A stretch of 41,744 nt of DNA, taken from IMG/VR virus record IMGVR_UViG_3300031963_006119; one strand, written 5' to 3'. The translations under genes and the position numbers were made by a program. Under the pieces are notes generated by a model. It saw only the letters and a list, made by a program, of their open reading frames with translations. It was not told where the DNA came from and did not search any database. The stretch comes from a virus. Lineage: Duplodnaviria; Heunggongvirae; Uroviricota; Caudoviricetes. The first letter of the stretch is position 1. Every line of letters begins with the position of its first letter. Positions 36,005 to 41,744 of this stretch are shown piece by piece.

Positions 36005-36888
36005 AAGTCTATCAAATTGTTGAAGCTAAAAGTGCAGCCGTAATAGCATTTGGTAGGATGAATCCCCCTACTATAGGGCACAAAAAACTAGTTGACAAAA
36101 TTAAAAGTTTACCCGGTGACCCTTATATCTTTTTAAGTCAATCGCAGAAACCTAAGACTGACCCACTAGACTTTCAAACAAAATTGCGCTACGCAAAGTT
36201 TTTCTTTCCAGAGCTAACCATTGGTAATCCAGAAGTAAAAACAATCATTCAAGCATTACAAAAGATTAATCAACTTGGGTATACTGAGCTAATTTATGTA
36301 GCAGGATCTGATCGTGTAGAATCATTTCAAGAACTAATTAACAAATACAACGGTGTTGAATACAATTTTAACAACATACAAGTAGTTAGTGCAGGCGAGC
36401 GTGATCCAGATGCAGATGGTGCTGAAGGTATGAGTGCAAGTAAAATGCGAGCTGCTGCGGCCAGCGGTGACTTTGATGCATTTGCACAAGGTGTGCCTAA
36501 TCAAGAACTAGCACATGAAATGTTTGCGGCTGTACGCAAGGGTATGGGAATCAAAGACAAAGAAGCTGTGCCTGCAGAAAGTATGGAAGAACAAACAGTT
36601 GATCCTAACAAACTAATGGCATCTATGTTAATGGGTGGTGAATATAAAGAATTTGATTTAACACCAACTATGGAAAAAAATAATTGGGTTGGAACACCAA
36701 GACAAGTTATCGAGCAAGCTGATAAATGGTTGTCAGATTTTTTAAGACAACGTGGCGCCATGTATTCTAATTTAAAATTAAGATACAAGGGCACGACTAT
36801 GAACTCTAGTAAAACAGGTGATGTTGATGCAAGCGACCCAGAGTTAGACGATATGCTTAATCAAGCAAGACAACGATTAAAAAAATAA
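36001..36888 (+). CDS. HxGH-superfamily (cytidyl/adenylyl)transferase-like protein with C-terminal extension
   Basis: 'FGRMNPPTIGH', 'VAGSDR', 'SAGERDPDA..AEGMSASKMR' as in T4-like phage cytidyltransferases. Confidence 0.8.
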   Translation: MKVYQIVEAKSAAVIAFGRMNPPTIGHKKLVDKIKSLPGDPYIFLSQSQKPKTDPLDFQTKLRYAKFFFPELTIGNPEVKTIIQALQKINQLGYTELIYVAGSDRVESFQELINKYNGVEYNFNNIQVVSAGERDPDADGAEGMSASKMRAAAASGDFDAFAQGVPNQELAHEMFAAVRKGMGIKDKEAVPAESMEEQTVDPNKLMASMLMGGEYKEFDLTPTMEKNNWVGTPRQVIEQADKWLSDFLRQRGAMYSNLKLRYKGTTMNSSKTGDVDASDPELDDMLNQARQRLKK

Positions 36889-37115
36889 TGGACGAAATCC
36901 AACAGCTCAAACGCCTAGCGGGTATCAACGAATTTAAAGGATACACTGCATACGAAGGCTCAAACATTTCAGTTACAGGTACTGAAAAGAAACGGATTGA
37001 GCGTGAACGTAATATACAACCTGGTACAGAAGAATGGTTTCAACTTTGGTTTACTATTCCTGGGCTTACTGGCCCCTTGAGTCAACAGCCAGGATTTAGA
37101 GGACGCAAGCGATGA
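36888..37115 (+). CDS. Hypothetical protein (putative internal head protein)
   Basis: 'MDEIQQLKRLAGINE' leader; coupled at both ends. Confidence 0.7.
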   Translation: MDEIQQLKRLAGINEFKGYTAYEGSNISVTGTEKKRIERERNIQPGTEEWFQLWFTIPGLTGPLSQQPGFRGRKR

Positions 37116-38185
37116 AGTTACGAGAAATTTTTGAAAACGGAGGTCGCATTGTAAAGGGCGTCAATACAACAGTTGATGTTGGTCCTGATGAAATTAAAAT
37201 ACAAGCTGCAAAGTTTGGCAATACAGTAGACAAAGATGGTTACCCACCTACACACAAAAGACGTGTTAAAGGTTCTTCAACTAATGTTTTATCTAATCTA
37301 GGTGAAGGCAAAAATAAAGTAAGTATGGAAGATCGACATCCAAATGATCGTCCATATGGTCCAGAAACTAAACCAACTATGCCAGCTGGCACTGTTAAAG
37401 TAGATGTAAGCGATGTATATGATTGGTACAAACTAGGCATGCACATCAGCGATCTTGAAGGCATGGGCAAACATGATTTTGGTAAAGGTCCTCCCAGCGC
37501 CATATTGTCATTTGGAAGTGAAGATTTGGAACACGAATATATTCAAAATTTAAAAAAGTTAGGGTTAACAACTACTGATCTCGATCCTGCTGCACATAAG
37601 AAAAAGAAAGGTCAAAAAACAGATCCTACTTATAATGTAGAAAGTGTAGTTGAAGGCAAGTTTAGAACTAACGATGTTGAAGAATTTAAGCCTAATAATG
37701 ATTCCTTAGACGATATGAAAACAAAGTATCTTCCAGACTGGGAGATGTTGGATCATAAAACACTTCAAGCAAAGTATGTAGCACAAGATCATAGAGAAGC
37801 TGAAGCATTTGTAAGAATAATTAATAAGCTAAGTGAAAAGATGGATCACTTCTGTGAAGTAACACAGGACGTTGCAGAAGTTGCTGTAAAGACAACTACC
37901 TTTGATGTTAAGGGATTAACTATACTGGACTTTCAAATAGCAATGGTCATTGATAAGTTTGCCAATGATGTTGGAATAAAACAAGTACGTATGACTGGAA
38001 ACTTTGGCATGCACGAAAACTTTGCAGATGGAAAGAATCCAGGGCGCAAAGGACTTGCTAAACGCAGTGGTGTGAATACTAAGGCTAGTGTAAGCAGTCT
38101 AAGAAAAACAGCAAAGAATAGCTCAGGTGAAAAACAGCGCATGGCACATTGGCTAGCTAATATGAAATCAGGAAAAAAGAAATGA
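37112..38185 (+). CDS. Multi-module protein with a pterin-4a-carbinolamine dehydratase-like domain
   Basis: 'LPDWEML..KTLQAKY..D..EA.AFV..I..LSEKMDHF.EV....EV....TTFDVKGLT.LDF..A..ID' follows the PCD/PhhB pattern (about 37730-37960); flanked by unrelated modules. Confidence 0.7.
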   Translation: MKLREIFENGGRIVKGVNTTVDVGPDEIKIQAAKFGNTVDKDGYPPTHKRRVKGSSTNVLSNLGEGKNKVSMEDRHPNDRPYGPETKPTMPAGTVKVDVSDVYDWYKLGMHISDLEGMGKHDFGKGPPSAILSFGSEDLEHEYIQNLKKLGLTTTDLDPAAHKKKKGQKTDPTYNVESVVEGKFRTNDVEEFKPNNDSLDDMKTKYLPDWEMLDHKTLQAKYVAQDHREAEAFVRIINKLSEKMDHFCEVTQDVAEVAVKTTTFDVKGLTILDFQIAMVIDKFANDVGIKQVRMTGNFGMHENFADGKNPGRKGLAKRSGVNTKASVSSLRKTAKNSSGEKQRMAHWLANMKSGKKK

Positions 38186-38646
38186 AAGTACATGATCTAG
38201 TAAACGAAGCTCCTATTGAAATGGATCCTAGTGAACCAAACAATCCAAGAATCTACGGGCATGAAAAAGCTAACCCTATGACACTTAAAGGTCGTATCAT
38301 GCAGGCCAGAGCACAGTTAAAAGAACTTGCAAAGATGGCAGACAGCGACGAACTCGAAGTATGGGAAAGAATTACAAAGCTATCTAAAGGCGGCATGTTT
38401 ATGGGCCTAGAACAAAACTTTGAACAAATACGCCACGGTATAGGAGAACTTGCCAAGAAGCGTAAAAAGGGCGGAACAGGTAGCAGAGGTATCAATCGAG
38501 GCATAGGAGAAACTACTACAGCAGGTGCTGTAGCCGCTGTAGTTAATCCAGGTGCTAACACAAAGCCTAAAAAGACAAATAAAGTTGCTAAAAATGCATT
38601 AGACACCAATGATAATTTGCTTGGTGGCAAACCTGTCAAAAGATAA
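38182..38646 (+). CDS. Hypothetical two-module protein (putative internal head protein)
   Basis: 'MKVHDLVNE' leader; 'IGE-TTTAGAVAAV.NP' C-terminal module. Confidence 0.7.
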   Translation: MKVHDLVNEAPIEMDPSEPNNPRIYGHEKANPMTLKGRIMQARAQLKELAKMADSDELEVWERITKLSKGGMFMGLEQNFEQIRHGIGELAKKRKKGGTGSRGINRGIGETTTAGAVAAVVNPGANTKPKKTNKVAKNALDTNDNLLGGKPVKR

Positions 38647-38649
38647 ATA
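38644..38649 (+). promoter_or_regulatory. Late promoter core
   Basis: GATAAATA overlapping the stop of 38182; SD GGAG before 38677. Confidence 0.5.
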
Positions 38650-38676
38650 CTATAATAACGAATATCGGAGTGTTTT

Positions 38677-40245
38677 ATGCGCGAAAAAGATTTAAAATCT
38701 GTCAAAGAAGGCCTAGGTGATTTAGCTGCACAAGCAGAAATGGATCACGAAATTCAAATGGCTCGTTCTGAGCTGTACAAAATTGCCAAGTATGCAATCA
38801 AACTGCACGAAATGCTTAAAGGTCGTTCTGAAGAACAGGGCCTAGAAGCATGGCAGCAGAGCAAAATTACCAAGGCAGCTGACTACATTGGTTCAGTTTT
38901 TCATAACTTAGAGTATGAAATGAAGTTTGGCGCTCAAATGGCCGAAAGTGAAAAACAAAAAGGCGTTGACGGCAAAGCATGCTGGGACGGTTACAAGCGC
39001 ATGGGTACTAAGCAAAAAGGCGGCAAGACTGTAGATAATTGTGTTAAAGAAGATGAATACAAGTTACGTCTAGCTCAACAACTAGAAGAAAAAGCTAAGT
39101 CAAAAGCGCAACAAAAATTTATGGGCATGGTCTATGCTACAAAGAAAGGCGAAAAAGCTGCAAGTCCAGAAGTAGCCAAGGCTGCTAAAGGCATGAGCAA
39201 ATCAGCTGCTAAAGACTATGCAAGTACAAAGCACAAAGGCAAGCCCGAACACGTAGGCGAAAGCAGACTGGTTGAGTCTAACGAAGTTAATGACTATATT
39301 GATCGTGTAATAGCAAAGCGTGGTGTTCCTACAACTATTGAAGAAGTTGAACAAGACATGAACGACACAGTAAAAGGAATACGCGATTTCTTACAGTCAC
39401 GAGACGACGACAGTTTCCTTCAAGGCTTTAGCCGCGGATTTAAAAGATTCGCAATGAGTCCAGACTATATTAAAAGACAATTCTTAGGAAGAGTTGCAGA
39501 GCGATTAGATCTTCCTGGATTGTATTCAATGCCAAATGGCGACAGCTATGTATATGTTGATAAAGACCAATCAGGAAATTATAAATCTGCAAGATATGCA
39601 AATATAGAAGATGCTGTTATAATTTATAAATCTGGATTTATTACTAGAAAGAAAGCTATAGAGTTACGAGATAATAATGTAAACACTGCATTGAGAAATC
39701 CAAAACACCCATCTAGTGCGCTGTATGGCGATCCAGGTCCAGCCGCTGGTTGGGCTAAAACAAATCCGCTAGTAAAACCGGACGGATCAACTACAACTAG
39801 TGGCGGTGCACAAGTAACCCCTGTAAAACCGGACGGATCAACTACAACTAGTGGCGGTGCACAAGTAACCCCTGTAAAACCGGACGGATCAACTACAACT
39901 AGTGGCGGTGCACAAGTAACCCCTGTAAAACCGGACGGATCAACTACAACTAGTGGCGGCCTCGATCGCGCTGGCGGGAGTAGTTATGTAGGATCAGTTG
40001 GTACAGCCACTAACGATCCGGCCGCAGGTAGTGGAACAAATACTAGAGGTGGTAGAGATCCATCAGCACAGTTTTCAAGAGCAATTACAGCTTTAGCTAA
40101 GGCCAACAATATTAAAAATCCTAATCTTATTAGAGTTGGTCAGACAATTAAATTACCAGGTAAGACAGAGCCGTATACCGTTGTTAAAGGCGATACCCTG
40201 TCAGGAATCGCTGCTGGAAAATTTAAAGGTACTGCACCAAAGTAA
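38677..40245 (+). CDS. Multi-module protein with 17-aa tandem repeats and a C-terminal permuted LysM-like domain
   Basis: Modules 'HEIQMARSEL...KITKAADY', 'CWDGY...DNCVK', 'KAKSKAQQKFMG'; VKPDGSTTTSGGAQVTP repeats; 'ANNIKNPNLIRVGQTIKLPG...YTVVKGDTLSGIA'. Confidence 0.75.
   Translation: MREKDLKSVKEGLGDLAAQAEMDHEIQMARSELYKIAKYAIKLHEMLKGRSEEQGLEAWQQSKITKAADYIGSVFHNLEYEMKFGAQMAESEKQKGVDGKACWDGYKRMGTKQKGGKTVDNCVKEDEYKLRLAQQLEEKAKSKAQQKFMGMVYATKKGEKAASPEVAKAAKGMSKSAAKDYASTKHKGKPEHVGESRLVESNEVNDYIDRVIAKRGVPTTIEEVEQDMNDTVKGIRDFLQSRDDDSFLQGFSRGFKRFAMSPDYIKRQFLGRVAERLDLPGLYSMPNGDSYVYVDKDQSGNYKSARYANIEDAVIIYKSGFITRKKAIELRDNNVNTALRNPKHPSSALYGDPGPAAGWAKTNPLVKPDGSTTTSGGAQVTPVKPDGSTTTSGGAQVTPVKPDGSTTTSGGAQVTPVKPDGSTTTSGGLDRAGGSSYVGSVGTATNDPAAGSGTNTRGGRDPSAQFSRAITALAKANNIKNPNLIRVGQTIKLPGKTEPYTVVKGDTLSGIAAGKFKGTAPK
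39772..39959 (+). repeat. In-frame tandem repeat, 51-nt unit x 3.7
   Basis: GTAAAACCGGACGGATCAACTACAACTAGTGGCGGTGCACAAGTAACCCCT at 39772, 39823 and 39874, plus a partial copy at 39925; copies are identical. Confidence 0.95.
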
Positions 40246-40248
40246 CCT

Positions 40249-40953
40249 ATGAATGTTTTTGATATTATAATAGAGCAAGATCCTGCGGCAGCAACTCAAG
40301 GCAAAACTATTGAGACAATGTCTGATCTGCGCAATGCCTTCGATGACCAGCAGTGGCGAAATATTATCATGCATTTTATAAAATTAGATCTTGATCGAGC
40401 TGCTAGTACAGAGGATAGAGAATATCAAATTGATAGGGCTAACGCTGCGTTTGGTGCTAAAAGCAATCCAATGTCACCTGTTATGTGGAATTCAAAAGCT
40501 ATTACCTACGGTATTAGGCTTCCTAAATCACCTAGTTCTTGGCAAGAAATATATGATTTTATAAAACCACATGCTAATACTAAGGTTCAACTAAAGACTG
40601 TTCCACAGGCATCTCCGCTTGCAACTGATAGAAAAGAAACCTTACAAGACATTTCAACTTGGGTTCCCATGAGCGTAACTGAATTCACTAAATGGGAAGG
40701 TGGCGCACATGACTATATTAAAAAATGGCTTGCAGTACTTATTGAACAAAAACGATCTAAGCAATGGGCCGATGCATATAAAACAGGCAGTACTAATCAG
40801 GCGAAACGAGCAAGAGATACTATTGTTCAAGGCCTTGGTGAACAATTTGAAAAAGAAGGCAAGCTTCTTAAAAAAGACGTAGATATTGGATTATTTTCAG
40901 CTCTTAGAACGATGGATACTATTATTAGTAACTATCTTTTAGGAAAAAAATAA
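40249..40953 (+). CDS. Hypothetical protein (putative internal head protein)
   Basis: 'MNVFDIIIE' leader; last gene before an early promoter. Confidence 0.7.
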   Translation: MNVFDIIIEQDPAAATQGKTIETMSDLRNAFDDQQWRNIIMHFIKLDLDRAASTEDREYQIDRANAAFGAKSNPMSPVMWNSKAITYGIRLPKSPSSWQEIYDFIKPHANTKVQLKTVPQASPLATDRKETLQDISTWVPMSVTEFTKWEGGAHDYIKKWLAVLIEQKRSKQWADAYKTGSTNQAKRARDTIVQGLGEQFEKEGKLLKKDVDIGLFSALRTMDTIISNYLLGKK

Positions 40954-40982
40954 TTGACTTCTTTTAATTAATCCCGTATAAT
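40954..40982 (+). promoter_or_regulatory. Sigma70-type early promoter TTGACT-N17-TATAAT
   Basis: TTGACT 40954-40959, 17 nt, TATAAT 40977-40982; SD AAGGAG before 41013. Confidence 0.8.
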
Positions 40983-41012
40983 ACAATATAACTTTTAAAG
41001 GAGAAAACACTC

Positions 41013-41273
41013 ATGAGTGATCGCACCTATGGCGCAGAAGAAAAGGCAAAACTAGAAAAATTGGTTAACGAAGGCGTTACAGTATTACAAGAGATTGAAG
41101 ACCTACAAGAAGGTCTGAAAGATACTATTAAATCAGTAGCAGAAGAATTAGACATTAAGCCTGGCTTAATTACCAAAGCAATTAAAATTGCACGAAAAGG
41201 CGACTGGGATCGTGTTGCTGGCGAGTTTGACGACTTAGAAACATTGGTCGTAACCGTTGGCAAGGATAAATGA
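41013..41273 (+). CDS. Small dsDNA-binding protein (T4 DsbA / GapR-like)
   Basis: Helical 'L..LV.E....LQEIEDL.E.LKD.IK...EEL.IKP..I.KAIKI' pattern; 86 aa; upstream of the DNA polymerase. Confidence 0.6.
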   Translation: MSDRTYGAEEKAKLEKLVNEGVTVLQEIEDLQEGLKDTIKSVAEELDIKPGLITKAIKIARKGDWDRVAGEFDDLETLVVTVGKDK

Positions 41274-41554
41274 TTAAAAAAATAAAAGACTTTTGGCTGG
41301 ACAGTTATCATAGTGATAAAACTGCTTTTACTTTTGAGTTAATTAGTTTTGTGTTTACAGTAGCGGCAAGTTTAACTCTTGCCTTTACTGCACAAAGTCC
41401 AAACATGGCTGTTATCTATCCTGGCTTCTTTATTGGAAGTATCACTGGCACATACGCTTATTATAGAAGAGGCTTGGCTTGGCCAATGTTACTGACTGGT
41501 TATTTTGCAGTTATAAACGTATTCGGGTTTGGCGTTGCAAATAGTTGGTGGTAA
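41270..41554 (+). CDS. Small membrane protein (about 3 TM)
   Basis: Hydrophobic segments; ATGA coupling. Confidence 0.7.
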   Translation: MIKKIKDFWLDSYHSDKTAFTFELISFVFTVAASLTLAFTAQSPNMAVIYPGFFIGSITGTYAYYRRGLAWPMLLTGYFAVINVFGFGVANSWW

Positions 41555-41565
41555 TAAATATTTAT

Positions 41566-41628
41566 AGAGTCGTTCACTTACGAACATGTAGAGGCAACGT
41601 TAGCCATTAATAACGGGGAGGCATTTAA
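41566..41628 (+). promoter_or_regulatory. Structured 5' leader of the DNA polymerase gene (hairpin plus H-type pseudoknot next to the SD)
   Basis: GTTC/GAAC hairpin (41572-41585); GGC/GCC (41593-95/41603-05) interleaved with CGTTA/TAACG (41598-602/41611-615), then GGGGAG. Confidence 0.45.
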
Positions 41629-41744
41629 TTGAGTTACGTAGACGCATTGTTTGACCGTGATCATGATACGATCAAAATAGTTGAACGCAAAGACGGAGTT
41701 AGAACATTCCGTGAATATCCTGTAAAGTATACATTTTACTACAA
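41629..41744 (+). CDS. Family B DNA polymerase, N-terminus (3'-truncated)
   Basis: TTG start with SD GGAG; MSYVDALFDRDHDTIKIVERKDGVRTFREYPVKYTFYY resembles the N-terminus of large-phage PolB; consistent with the clamp loader and DsbA-like neighbour. Confidence 0.6.
   Translation, partial: MSYVDALFDRDHDTIKIVERKDGVRTFREYPVKYTFYY

Noticed and set aside
39772-39959. CRISPR array reading of the tandem repeat
   Set aside because: Units are directly adjacent with no unique spacers, are in frame in a CDS, and no cas genes are present.
1-41744. Cellular chromosome, prophage or eukaryotic giant virus origin
   Set aside because: The RFC-like loader and chaperones sit among baseplate, fibre, spanin and holin genes with SD sites and T4-like promoters; no integrase, rRNA or NCLDV core genes were seen.

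Overview
A 41.7-kb, AT-rich, densely coding segment of a large lytic tailed dsDNA phage with distant T4-like features. The host is probably Gram-negative, given the two-component spanins and consensus sigma70 promoters. In order: (1) giant fibre/baseplate structural genes (1-11944; the first is cut by the window edge); (2) a replication, nucleotide and chaperone block with a truncated DnaE-like fragment, GroES-like co-chaperonin, MazG-like NTP-PPase, DEDDh exonuclease, cytidylyltransferase, clamp-loader subunit, ThyX, dCMP deaminase and PhoH; (3) a lysis cassette (GH19 endolysin, i/o-spanins, holin) extended by lipoproteins and an exported SNase nuclease; (4) a candidate structured ncRNA, then a GATase-like protein, HAD hydrolase, fatty-acid desaturase and kinase-like protein; (5) a DnaJ-peptide deformylase-ClpA module; (6) a mosaic 1512-aa fibre; (7) a late-promoter cluster (35098-40953) whose proteins share short N-terminal leaders resembling the T4 capsid-targeting sequence and are built of micro-modules separated by (I/L/V)-x-E sites; (8) a DsbA/GapR-like DNA-binding protein and the start of a family B DNA polymerase with a structured leader. 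The strongest candidates for undescribed biology are the putative capsid-packaged, protease-processed enzyme cargo system, the 23124-23215 RNA, the polymerase-leader pseudoknot and the split DnaE. All family calls come from motif recognition by eye; no database searches or folding programs were run.
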